NCBI GenBank assembly: GCA_965224465.1
Contig: OZ245049.1
Span: 1,950,001-1,982,000, forward strand
Source of the DNA: Flavobacteriaceae bacterium
GTDB taxonomy: Bacteria > Bacteroidota > Bacteroidia > Flavobacteriales > Flavobacteriaceae
DNA: 32,000 nucleotides
Direction of reading: 5' to 3'
Under the pieces are notes generated by a model that was not told where the DNA came from, searched no databases, and worked only from the letters and a program-made list of their open reading frames with translations. This document shows positions 11,387 through 20,053 of the stretch, one piece after another (the stretch's first letter is position 1; the number at the start of each line of letters is the position of its first letter). A program made the position numbers and the translations under genes.

Positions 11387-13365
11387 TAGGCCACTTTTAA
11401 ATATATTACTGCTCCTTTTTTAATTTTGACACCCACCTTAATCGACTGATCTTTAACCGTTCCTACACCATCAATCCTAACTTTTAACCCTAAATTTTCA
11501 AGAAAAGGAATCGCATCCATTCCTGCCATTCCTATAACCTTTGGTATTTTACTAAACGCTTTTTCTGACTTCCTATCAAATTGCTTATAGGACTTCAAAA
11601 CACTCGTAAAACGAGGGGGTGTTTTATCCACTTCATCTATGATATAATTAGATGTATATATTTTTTGTGCAATATCTTTAAAAACAGGCCCTGCTACATC
11701 TGCTCCATAATAACCAGACTTCCGGGGTTTATACACCATTACATAGCAGGTGTATTTTGGATTTTCCGCAGGAAAAAAACCGACAAAAGAAGCTGAATAC
11801 GCTCTTTTTTGATTTTTCTTCCAATACTCTACTTGAGCAGTTCCTGTTTTTCCTGCCATAGAAAAATTGGGTGAATACAAACTTTTAGCTGTACCTCTTT
11901 TAACTACATTTTTTAAAATTTCCTGTACTTTTTTGGTGGTTTCTATAGAACAAATTCTATTATTAATAACTTCAGATTCAAACACCGTATGTGTTACACC
12001 TTGTGCAGAAAGTTCCTTCACAAATCTAGGTTTTACCATTTTCCCATTATTTGCAATTGCGTTGTAAAAAGTAAGTACTTGCATAGGTGTTAAAGAAACT
12101 TCGTATCCGTAAGACATCTGGGCCAAGGACAAACCACTCCAAGATTTATCTTTTGGATGCGGAATTTTAGGGGCTCCTTCTCCCTTCATATGCAATCCTA
12201 TTTTCTTATCCAATTCCATATCACACAACCCTTGAACAAATCTCTCAGGATTCGACTTATAATACTTCTGTATTAATTTCACAATTCCGACATTAGAAGA
12301 TACCTCTATCACTCTTGCTGCCGAAATCTTCCCATAGCCTTTATGGTTTGAGTCCTTTATTATATGATTTTTTACTCTAAAAGCCCCTCCTTGCGTATCC
12401 ACTACAGATGCGGTATCTATTAAACCATCTTCCATCCCTACCATTAGCGCTGCCAACTTAAATGTAGATCCCGGTTCGTAAGAAGAACCTACCGCGTAAT
12501 TCAATCGCTCGTAGTATTTCCCATTTCTCCCGCGTCCCAAATTAGAAATCGCCAAAATATCTCCAGATTTCGTATCCATAACTATTGCACAACCATGATC
12601 TGCATCGTGTTTTTCAAGCTGACGTAACAAGGAATGATGCGTAATATCTTGTATATTAACATCCAAAGTCGTCAACACATCCAACCCATCTACAGGTTCT
12701 CTTTCGTTATTATCATTAATAGGTCTCCATTGTCCTTTTGCTATCTTTTGTTTTTTACGAATCCCTGTCTTTCCTTTTAAATATTTACGATACGCTCCTT
12801 CAATCCCAGGTGCCCCTCTATAATCGTCATAACCAATAAAACGTTCCGCTATTTTACCCAACGGCCTAGCTCTTACACTTGATTGTTCCGCAATAAAGCC
12901 ACCTCTATAGAGTCCTAAATTAAATATCGGAAACTTTCTCATTTTCATATAATCGTTATAGCCAATATTTCTAGCGATGAACAAATAACGTTTCTTAGCT
13001 GCCCGTGCTTTGCGCAACTTTTTCTCCCAAGCTCTAGGAGTACTCCCTAACATATTGGCCAATTCTTTTGCTAGCCCAGCAACATGTTTTTCGAAATTTT
13101 CCAATTTCACAGTAACCAAATCCATTCTAATTTCAAATTTAGACATAGAAGTAGCCAATAAACTACCGTCTGCAGCAAATACATTTCCTCTATTTGCACG
13201 CACAGTATCCCTTTTTATATTAATTTCTTCAGAAAGACTGCGGTATCTATCTCCTTCTACAAACTGGATCGTCACCATTTTATAAATAATAAGCAGCAAG
13301 AAAAACAGCATCCCTATAGAGACGATGATTAATTTATTTACGATATCTTTTTTTTCTACTGCCAA
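11386..13365 (-). CDS. ftsI: Class B penicillin-binding protein (FtsI/PBP3-type transpeptidase) with a C-terminal PASTA-like domain
   Basis: 659-aa ORF with an N-terminal TM anchor and the SxxK (GSTFK), SxN (SSN) and KTG (KTGT) motifs. It is in the dcw position. Confidence 0.9.
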   Translation of the reverse strand: MAVEKKDIVNKLIIVSIGMLFFLLLIIYKMVTIQFVEGDRYRSLSEEINIKRDTVRANRGNVFAADGSLLATSMSKFEIRMDLVTVKLENFEKHVAGLAKELANMLGSTPRAWEKKLRKARAAKKRYLFIARNIGYNDYMKMRKFPIFNLGLYRGGFIAEQSSVRARPLGKIAERFIGYDDYRGAPGIEGAYRKYLKGKTGIRKKQKIAKGQWRPINDNNEREPVDGLDVLTTLDVNIQDITHHSLLRQLEKHDADHGCAIVMDTKSGDILAISNLGRGRNGKYYERLNYAVGSSYEPGSTFKLAALMVGMEDGLIDTASVVDTQGGAFRVKNHIIKDSNHKGYGKISAARVIEVSSNVGIVKLIQKYYKSNPERFVQGLCDMELDKKIGLHMKGEGAPKIPHPKDKSWSGLSLAQMSYGYEVSLTPMQVLTFYNAIANNGKMVKPRFVKELSAQGVTHTVFESEVINNRICSIETTKKVQEILKNVVKRGTAKSLYSPNFSMAGKTGTAQVEYWKKNQKRAYSASFVGFFPAENPKYTCYVMVYKPRKSGYYGADVAGPVFKDIAQKIYTSNYIIDEVDKTPPRFTSVLKSYKQFDRKSEKAFSKIPKVIGMAGMDAIPFLENLGLKVRIDGVGTVKDQSIKVGVKIKKGAVIYLKVA

Positions 13366-13366
13366 C

Positions 13367-13693
13367 TTATTTTTTCTTTTTATTCAAAACTCTTATAAGT
13401 GTAGGAGGCTCCACACTGGGACCTAACCCTAACGTATCAACTCTTTTCCGAATACCAGATTCCAACTTTAACTGCATCGAAATTGTTCTAGTATCTACAA
13501 AATGCGCTTGCAATTCTTTAATCTCTTTATTCAACTTCGCTATTTCCATCACTTTAGCATCGGAACGATGAGAACTAGAAATCATGATCAAAATCAACAA
13601 CACCACAAAAAGAATCACACGCCAATTCCGCATACCTTCTTCTTCTGTTAAAAACCTACCTTTTAACACATTAAAAAACCAATTCTTAATCAA
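13367..13693 (-). CDS. FtsL-like small bitopic cell division protein
   Basis: 108-aa ORF with one TM segment (VILFVVLLILIMISS) followed by a coiled-coil-like stretch (KVMEIAKLNKEIKELQAHF). It occupies the canonical ftsL slot between rsmH and ftsI. Confidence 0.7.
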   Translation of the reverse strand: MIKNWFFNVLKGRFLTEEEGMRNWRVILFVVLLILIMISSSHRSDAKVMEIAKLNKEIKELQAHFVDTRTISMQLKLESGIRKRVDTLGLGPSVEPPTLIRVLNKKKK

Positions 13694-13698
13694 CCTTA

Positions 13699-14601
13699 TT
13701 AACTTTTAGTTGCTATTCTTAATTTTGCACTGCGTGCTCTGTTGTTTTCTGCAATTTCATCTTTTGTAGGAATTATCAATTTCCCTACCTTCTTAAGAGG
13801 TACTTTTATATTTCCAAAAAAATCTTTCTCTGGCAAACCTTCAAATTTACCGTGCTGAATAAAACGCTTTACCAAACGATCTTCTAACGAATGATAAGAG
13901 ATAACACTAAGCCTCCCTGTATCCGTAAGAATCTCCGGTATTTGGCTTAAAAAATCCTTTAACACCTCTAACTCTTGATTTACCTCTATGCGTACCGCTT
14001 GATAAATCTGTGCTAAAATCTTATGCTCTTTACTCGCTGGCAAAAATGGTTTTAAAACCGTTTTTAACTCAAAACTTGTTTTTATACGATTCTCTAAGCG
14101 CGCTGCTACTATTTTTTTTGCAATCGCTCTCGAATTCCTTAGCTCTCCATACTGAAACAATATATTGGCTAAATCTTCTTCCGAATAGCTATTGATAATT
14201 TTTGATGCGGACAAATCACTTTGTTGATTCATTCTCATATCTAAGTCACCATCAAATCGAGTTGAAAAGCCTCGTTCAGAAGCATCGAATTGATGAGAAG
14301 ACACCCCTAAATCTGCCAATACACCATCTACTTTTTTTACACCATAAAAGCGTAAAAATCGTTTTACATTTTTAAAATTTTCTTCTATTAAAACAAAGCG
14401 GCTATCCTCAATTTTATTTACTACAGCATCTGGGTCTTGATCAAAAGCAAACAAACGCCCTTGCTCCCCTAAACGACTCAATATTTCTCTAGAATGTCCT
14501 CCGCCACCAAAAGTCACATCTACATACACTCCGTCAGGATTAACATTTAACCCATCTACACTCTCCTTTAACAATACTGGATTATGATACATCTTCATCA
14601 A
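13699..14601 (-). CDS. rsmH: 16S rRNA (cytosine1402-N4)-methyltransferase
   Basis: 300-aa ORF with YHNPVLL and the SAM motif VDVTFGGGGHS. The start could be any of three nearby Met codons (14601, 14598 or 14592). Confidence 0.9.
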   Translation of the reverse strand: MMKMYHNPVLLKESVDGLNVNPDGVYVDVTFGGGGHSREILSRLGEQGRLFAFDQDPDAVVNKIEDSRFVLIEENFKNVKRFLRFYGVKKVDGVLADLGVSSHQFDASERGFSTRFDGDLDMRMNQQSDLSASKIINSYSEEDLANILFQYGELRNSRAIAKKIVAARLENRIKTSFELKTVLKPFLPASKEHKILAQIYQAVRIEVNQELEVLKDFLSQIPEILTDTGRLSVISYHSLEDRLVKRFIQHGKFEGLPEKDFFGNIKVPLKKVGKLIIPTKDEIAENNRARSAKLRIATKS

Positions 14602-15049
14602 AATTTAAATTCCCCATTACTTCTTCTGCCAAATCACCAAAGTCTTCGTCGTCATTAATAAACGCCTCGTACTTATCTTTATCCCAAACTTCAATTTTTT
14701 CTCCCTGACCTATCAATACTATGTTTTTGGAAATACCAGAAAACAGTAATAAATCCTTTGGAATTAAAAATCGAGCTGCCGAATCAAGCTCTACTTTTTT
14801 TATTCCCGCTGTCAATTGACGCACAAACTTGTCGACTTTACGATTAAACCTATTCAATTTCCCTACTTTCTTCATCATCACATCCCATTCATTTTTCGGG
14901 TACAAATCCAAACAAGATTCAAAGACCGATCTTTTCAACACAAAGCCATCTTCCAACACCTCAGCAAGTTGCTTTCGAAACGACATAGGCATAGCCACAC
15001 GCCCTTTGGCGTCTGCTTTGCACTCATATGTCTCGATTAAATTGATCAT
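14582..15049 (-). CDS. mraZ: Transcriptional regulator MraZ
   Basis: The track ORF runs to 15103, but the MraZ-like N-terminus begins at MINLIETYECKADAKGRVAMP (ATG at 15049). There is a second half-domain, DSAARFLIP. The 54-nt upstream extension would cover the promoter and GTGGG repeats, so the shorter start is preferred. Confidence 0.85.
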   Translation of the reverse strand: MINLIETYECKADAKGRVAMPMSFRKQLAEVLEDGFVLKRSVFESCLDLYPKNEWDVMMKKVGKLNRFNRKVDKFVRQLTAGIKKVELDSAARFLIPKDLLLFSGISKNIVLIGQGEKIEVWDKDKYEAFINDDEDFGDLAEEVMGNLNFDEDVS

Positions 15050-15070
15050 TACGAACCTATAGTTTGACAT

Positions 15071-15113
15071 CAAAAATAGATAAAATTTCCCATAATATCC
15101 CACAATAACCCAC
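15071..15113 (-). promoter_or_regulatory. Candidate dcw promoter -7 box plus three MraZ-type direct repeats
   Basis: The minus strand reads GTGGG-ttatt-GTGGG-atatt-ATGGG (plus-strand CCCAC/CCCAC/CCCAT at 15109-15113, 15099-15103 and 15089-15093, exactly 10 bp apart). This is followed by TATTTTTG (15078-15071), which matches the Bacteroidota -7 consensus TAnnTTTG and lies 22 nt before the mraZ ATG. Confidence 0.55.
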
Positions 15114-15239
15114 TTTGTTGATAACTTTTGACATAAATCACAGTTTCTAGATATAAAATTGAAGATTAGAGAGTTAAAAGTAATTTTAACACCTCATCAA
15201 TACAATGATTAAAAAAATCGTATTTTGGCATAAATTAGC

Positions 15240-15247
15240 TATCTTTG
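15240..15247 (+). promoter_or_regulatory. Candidate Bacteroidota -7 promoter box (TAtcTTTG) for the plus-strand hydrolase-engB-rluA genes
   Basis: Exact TAnnTTTG match 23 nt upstream of the ATG at 15271. The nearest upstream TTTG is only 12 nt away, so the -33 element is not convincing. Confidence 0.35.
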
Positions 15248-15270
15248 CGTAGTTAAAAAACCAACTATAA

Positions 15271-16035
15271 ATGACCCAACAACTAATCAAAGAAGACAAA
15301 TTCAGCTATTTAGAAAAAGGCGAAGGTCAACCTATAATTGTCCTACATGGACTTATGGGCGCTCTAAGTAACTTTGAAGGTGTGTTAAATCATTTTTCAG
15401 AAATAGGTTATAAAGTTATCATCCCTGAATTGCCTATATTTGAACTTCCTATCTTAAAAACAAACATTAAGAATTTATCTAAGTTTGTAAAAGAGTTTAT
15501 TGAGTTTAAAAAATTGAACGATGTTGTTTTATTAGGGAATTCACTTGGAGGCCATGTAGCATTGTATTTTGCGAATAACCACCCCGAAATGCTTAAAGCC
15601 ATGGTACTTGCAGGAAGTTCTGGATTGTACGAAAACTCCATGGGAGATACGTACCCTAAAAGAGGTGATTACGAATACATTAGAGAAAAAACATCCAATG
15701 TTTTTTACGATCCAAAAGTCGCCACCAAAGAACTTGTTGATGAGGTATATGATATGGTCAACGACCGCAGAAAAGCGATTAAAATTTTAGCCATTGCTAA
15801 AAGTGCCATTAGACACAATATGTCGAAAGATTTACCAAGTATAACAACTAGAACTTGTTTGATTTGGGGAAAAAACGACACCGTTACTCCTCCAGAAGTA
15901 GCATTTGATTTTGAAAAATTATTACCAAACGCAAGTCTATATTGGATAGACAAATGTGGACATACTCCAATGATGGAACACGTTGATATATTTAACGGAT
16001 TGCTAGAAAATTGGTTTAAAGAATACAATATTTAA
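15271..16035 (+). CDS. Alpha/beta-fold hydrolase
   Basis: 254-aa ORF with an HG oxyanion motif (IVLHGLMG), the nucleophile elbow GNSLGG, and a C-terminal GHTPMMEH. Confidence 0.85.
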   Translation: MTQQLIKEDKFSYLEKGEGQPIIVLHGLMGALSNFEGVLNHFSEIGYKVIIPELPIFELPILKTNIKNLSKFVKEFIEFKKLNDVVLLGNSLGGHVALYFANNHPEMLKAMVLAGSSGLYENSMGDTYPKRGDYEYIREKTSNVFYDPKVATKELVDEVYDMVNDRRKAIKILAIAKSAIRHNMSKDLPSITTRTCLIWGKNDTVTPPEVAFDFEKLLPNASLYWIDKCGHTPMMEHVDIFNGLLENWFKEYNI

Positions 16036-16036
16036 G

Positions 16037-16645
16037 ATGAAAATTAAAACAGCTAGATTTATTATTAGCAATACCGACGTTAACAAATGTCCAACAGATT
16101 CAATTCCAGAATATGCATTTATAGGAAGATCTAACGTTGGAAAATCGTCGTTGATTAATATGATCACCGATCATAGTAAATTAGCTAAAACATCTGGTCG
16201 CCCAGGGAAAACACAATTAATTAATCATTTTAAGATTAATGAAGAATGGTTTCTGGTGGATTTACCAGGCTATGGATATGCCAAAGTTTCTAAGAAATTG
16301 CGGTCCGGATTTCAAGGTTTTATAAAAGACTACTTTGAGCAACGTCAACAACTTGCATGTACTTTTGTATTGATAGATTGTAGACATGAACCTCAAAAGA
16401 TCGACTTAGAATTTATGGAATACCTAGGAGAAAACGGCATTCCTTTTTCTATTGTTTTTACAAAAACAGACAAGGTAAAACTTTCTGAACTAAACAAGAA
16501 CATTGCTTTTTACGAACGTCAAATGAAAAAAGGAGCTTGGGCGGAAATGCCTAAATGGTTTGTTAGTTCCGCAACTACATCCGAAGGGAAAAAGGAAATA
16601 TTAGAGTATATCAACCAAATAAATGTTGATTTAAGCAAACTTTAA
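16037..16645 (+). CDS. engB: Ribosome biogenesis GTP-binding protein YihA/YsxC/EngB
   Basis: 202-aa ORF with G1 GRSNVGKSS, G3 DLPGYG and G4 TKTDK. Confidence 0.92.
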   Translation: MKIKTARFIISNTDVNKCPTDSIPEYAFIGRSNVGKSSLINMITDHSKLAKTSGRPGKTQLINHFKINEEWFLVDLPGYGYAKVSKKLRSGFQGFIKDYFEQRQQLACTFVLIDCRHEPQKIDLEFMEYLGENGIPFSIVFTKTDKVKLSELNKNIAFYERQMKKGAWAEMPKWFVSSATTSEGKKEILEYINQINVDLSKL

Positions 16646-16647
16646 AA

Positions 16648-17340
16648 ATGGCATCTACCGTAGCTACACTAGAGGTTTTATACGAAGACAACCACTTGGT
16701 GATTGTCAATAAAAAAGCTGGCGATATTGTCCAAGGCGACAAGACTGGAGACATGCCTCTTAGCGATATCGTAAAAGGGTATATCAAAAAAAAATACAAC
16801 AAACCTGGCGACGTTTTTTTAGGCGTCGCGCATCGGTTGGATCGCCCTACTACGGGTGTTATTATATTTGCTCGAACCTCCAAAGCTTTGGAGCGCTTGA
16901 ATAAAATGCTTCGAGAGCATGAGATAAAAAAAACCTACTGGGCATTGGTCAAACAACTACCTCCCCTACAAAAAGACACCTTGGTTCATTTCTTAAAAAA
17001 GAATCCAAAAAACAATAAATCTACCGCTCACACTTCAGAAATAAAAGAAAGCAAACGAGCTGTACTCCATTACAATGTCTTAAAATCTCTGAATACGTTT
17101 CATTTATTAGAAGTAGACCTTGAAACAGGAAGGCATCATCAAATTCGCTGTCAACTTTCAAAAATAGGCAGTCCTATTAAAGGCGATTTAAAATATGGTT
17201 TTAACCGCAGCAATAAAGACGCAAGCATCAGTTTACACGCACGTCATATTCAGTTTATTCACCCTGTAAAAAAGGAACCTATTTCTATAACAGCTCCTTG
17301 TCCTAAAGACCCTGTTTGGAAAGCTTGTGAGGAAAACTAG
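16648..17340 (+). CDS. RluA-family pseudouridine synthase
   Basis: 230-aa ORF with the catalytic motif HRLDRPTTGV and ETGRHHQIR. Confidence 0.88.
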   Translation: MASTVATLEVLYEDNHLVIVNKKAGDIVQGDKTGDMPLSDIVKGYIKKKYNKPGDVFLGVAHRLDRPTTGVIIFARTSKALERLNKMLREHEIKKTYWALVKQLPPLQKDTLVHFLKKNPKNNKSTAHTSEIKESKRAVLHYNVLKSLNTFHLLEVDLETGRHHQIRCQLSKIGSPIKGDLKYGFNRSNKDASISLHARHIQFIHPVKKEPISITAPCPKDPVWKACEEN

Positions 17341-17468
17341 TTTATAAAAAAAACCTTATCACAGAATATATCAACGGAAAGCATTAAGTAAGTCGCGGCA
17401 ATCCTCGCAATAACTTACGCCATTGCGAAAAAAGCACGACTGGAGCAATCTCATACACAGCAATAAAC

Positions 17469-18755
17469 TTATAATTTTAAAGCGCTTTTCATTTTTCCTT
17501 TAATTTCCTCTAAACATAAATTACCAATACTTCCTTCATGCGTATGGTTCACTATTTTTTCTGGATTAAAAGTTCCTTCTTGTATTTCTTTACCCACTAT
17601 TTTATAAGCATCTCTAAAAGGAATCCCTTGTTGCACTAAAGTATTCACTGCTTCCACACTGAATAAGTACGTGTATTTATCATCCTCCAAAATAGTTGTA
17701 TTTACCTGTATATTTCCTAAGGAATAATGGAGCATTTCTAAACAAGATTTTAAAGTTGAAAAATTAGGAATTAAACTCTCCTTTAACAACTGTAAATCTC
17801 TGTGGTAACCACTTGGAAGATTATTTGAAATCAACGTCATTTCATAAGGCATTGCCTGTAGCTTATTACATTTCCCTCGGATCAATTCAAAAACATCTGG
17901 GTTTTTCTTGTGTGGCATAATACTAGACCCTGTAGTTAACTCGTCTGGAAATGCAATAAATCCAAAATTCTGACTCATGTACAAACAAATATCCATACTC
18001 ATTTTAGACAAGGTTGCCGCCACACTACTCAACGCAAAAGATATAGATTTCTCCAGTTTCCCTCGTCCCATTTGTGCTGCTACAGAATTAAATTTTAACG
18101 TCTTAAAACCTAATAATTGGGTAGTCATCGTTCTGTCAATTGCAAATGAACTTCCATAACCAGCCGCAGAACCTAAGGGATTCTGATCAGCTACTTTTAT
18201 GGCTGCATTTACAAAATACATATCGTCTATCAAACTCTCTGCATAGGCAGAAAACCACATTCCAAAAGAAGACGGCATTGCTATTTGCAAATGCGTATAC
18301 CCTGGCAACAAAACTTTTTTATAACGTTCTGCCAAGGACATCAACAGGTCAAATAAGGCTTTTACATCGCTTTTAACTTCCTGTAATTTATCTTTAGAGT
18401 ACAACTGAACATCTACCAACACTTGATCATTTCTAGAACGAGCTGTATGAATTTTTTTTCCTGCATCTCCCAATTTCTCCGTTAATAAATACTCAATTTT
18501 TGAATGTACATCTTCAAAAGTATCTTCAATAACAAAAGTACCTGCCTTTATTGTTTCAGCGATACTTCCAAGCTCTTTCACCAACGCATCACACTCATCG
18601 CTTGTCAAAACACCAATGCTCGACAACATTTTTGCATGTGCAATATTTCCAATCACATCATATTTTGCCAATTCTAAATCTAACTCTCTATCATTACCTA
18701 CGGTAAAAATATCTATTTTCTTATCGGTTGAAAACCCTTTATCCCAAAGTTTCAT
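17469..18755 (-). CDS. argH: Argininosuccinate lyase
   Basis: 428-aa ORF with the fumarate-lyase superfamily signature GSSIMPHKKNPD. It is the last gene of the arg cluster. Confidence 0.95.
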   Translation of the reverse strand: MKLWDKGFSTDKKIDIFTVGNDRELDLELAKYDVIGNIAHAKMLSSIGVLTSDECDALVKELGSIAETIKAGTFVIEDTFEDVHSKIEYLLTEKLGDAGKKIHTARSRNDQVLVDVQLYSKDKLQEVKSDVKALFDLLMSLAERYKKVLLPGYTHLQIAMPSSFGMWFSAYAESLIDDMYFVNAAIKVADQNPLGSAAGYGSSFAIDRTMTTQLLGFKTLKFNSVAAQMGRGKLEKSISFALSSVAATLSKMSMDICLYMSQNFGFIAFPDELTTGSSIMPHKKNPDVFELIRGKCNKLQAMPYEMTLISNNLPSGYHRDLQLLKESLIPNFSTLKSCLEMLHYSLGNIQVNTTILEDDKYTYLFSVEAVNTLVQQGIPFRDAYKIVGKEIQEGTFNPEKIVNHTHEGSIGNLCLEEIKGKMKSALKL

Positions 18756-18833
18756 TTCTTATCTATTTTATTTATTTGTACTTGTAATATTGATATGCAT
18801 AATTTTTAATCAAAACAAATTTAACACCAAAAA

Positions 18834-18987
18834 CATATCCAAATGACGGTTTAGAAATGAAAATTATTTTTTTATTTTAGCTAGGCGAAAAACGGATGGA
18901 TAGCCTTAGGCTATCGTTCTGTTTTTCAATAACGCTAGAACGTATAACAATCTATTTATATTGGTTATTTTAGATTTTAATTGGCAT
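18834..18987. repeat. Intergenic repeat family, copy A (long form with a roughly 80-bp structured insert)
   Basis: The 5' module CATATCCAAATGACGGTTTAGAAATGAAAAT aligns to 29045-29075. The 3' module AACAATCTATTTATATTGGTTATTTTAGATTTTAATTGGCAT aligns to 29077-29115 and 29941-29980. The interior holds the hairpin GAAAAAC-GGATG-GATAGCC-TTA-GGCTATC-GTTCT-GTTTTTC. Confidence 0.8.
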
Positions 18988-18993
18988 TATTTA

Positions 18994-20052
18994 TTACTGC
19001 ATCACTTTGGACAATAACTCCACATAAATCTCTATCCCTTCTTCAATTTCATTTATATAGATAAACTCATTCGCCGAATGTGACCTTAGCGTATCTCCTG
19101 GCCCCATTTTTACTGACGGGCAGCTCAAAACAGCCTGGTCAGACAAGGTTGCCGAACCATACGTCTTACGTCCCATGGCAATACCAGCTTGCACTATTTT
19201 ATGATCTAACGGAATGGAGGAAGAATTTAAGCGCAAAGATCTTGCCTGTAAATCACATACCGTATGCTGTTGAATAATTTCTAATACCTCTTGGTTAGAA
19301 TAAGCATCGGTCACACGAACATCTACTACAAAATCACATATTGCTGGAATTACATTGTGTTGGTGTCCCGCATTTATCTGAGTCACTGTCATACGAACCT
19401 CTCCTAATGATTTTGATGTTTTTGAAAACTTATAAGATTGAATCCACGCCACATCTTTGAGCGCTTGATAAATAGAATTCACACCCAAACCATGCGCTGC
19501 ATGCCCTGGCTCTCCAATAGATTTTCCATCAATCACCAACAGTCCTTTTTCTGCAACCGCCATTTCCATTTGCGTAGGCTCTCCAACAATTGCTACATCA
19601 ATTTTCGGGATAATAGCCAACATAGAATTCAATCCATTAGGACCAGAACTTTCCTCTTCTGCCGATGCTACTATCACCAAATTATACGCCAAATCCGCTT
19701 GCTCATAAAAATAAGTAAACGCAGCTAATAAAGACACCAAACAACCGCCTGCATCATTACTTCCTAGACCAAACAATTTACCGTCTTTTACAAAAGGATC
19801 CAGTGGATTATTCGTGTAACCTTTATTCGCCCTTACCGTATCGTGATGTGAATTCAATAAAATAGTAGGTTTACTCGCATCATAATGTTTATTTACTGCC
19901 CATACATTATGTACTGAGGTCTCAAAAGGAATGTGATATTTCACAAACCAATCCGCTATGTGTTTTGCCGTTCCTTGTTCCTCTCCAGAGAGAGATTGTG
20001 TTTTTATAAGTTTTTTAAGCAATTCAATTGCTTCTTTTTTTAATTCTTTCAT
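18994..20052 (-). CDS. argE: M20-family metallohydrolase (N-acyl-ornithine/citrulline deacylase, ArgE-like)
   Basis: M20 motifs NSHHDTV and GLGSNDAGG, within the arg operon. The likely start is MKELKKEAIELL (ATG at 20052), which leaves 1 nt between it and the argB stop. The track ORF extends to 20085. Confidence 0.85.
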   Translation of the reverse strand: MKELKKEAIELLKKLIKTQSLSGEEQGTAKHIADWFVKYHIPFETSVHNVWAVNKHYDASKPTILLNSHHDTVRANKGYTNNPLDPFVKDGKLFGLGSNDAGGCLVSLLAAFTYFYEQADLAYNLVIVASAEEESSGPNGLNSMLAIIPKIDVAIVGEPTQMEMAVAEKGLLVIDGKSIGEPGHAAHGLGVNSIYQALKDVAWIQSYKFSKTSKSLGEVRMTVTQINAGHQHNVIPAICDFVVDVRVTDAYSNQEVLEIIQQHTVCDLQARSLRLNSSSIPLDHKIVQAGIAMGRKTYGSATLSDQAVLSCPSVKMGPGDTLRSHSANEFIYINEIEEGIEIYVELLSKVMQ

Positions 20053-20053
20053 T

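Noticed and set aside
15050-15103. N-terminal extension of the mraZ ORF (MGYYGKFYLFLMSNYRFV…)
   Set aside because: The extension would be translated from the promoter -7 box and the GTGGG operator repeats. MraZ homologues begin at the MINL…DAKGR segment. Similar over-extensions were trimmed for argE (20053-20085), argB (20831-20866) and the GNAT (28526-28573).
17405-17428. Bidirectional intrinsic terminator between the RluA-family gene and argH
   Set aside because: The hairpin's T-run precedes it on the minus strand and an A-run follows it on the plus strand. There is therefore no 3' U-tract for either transcript.
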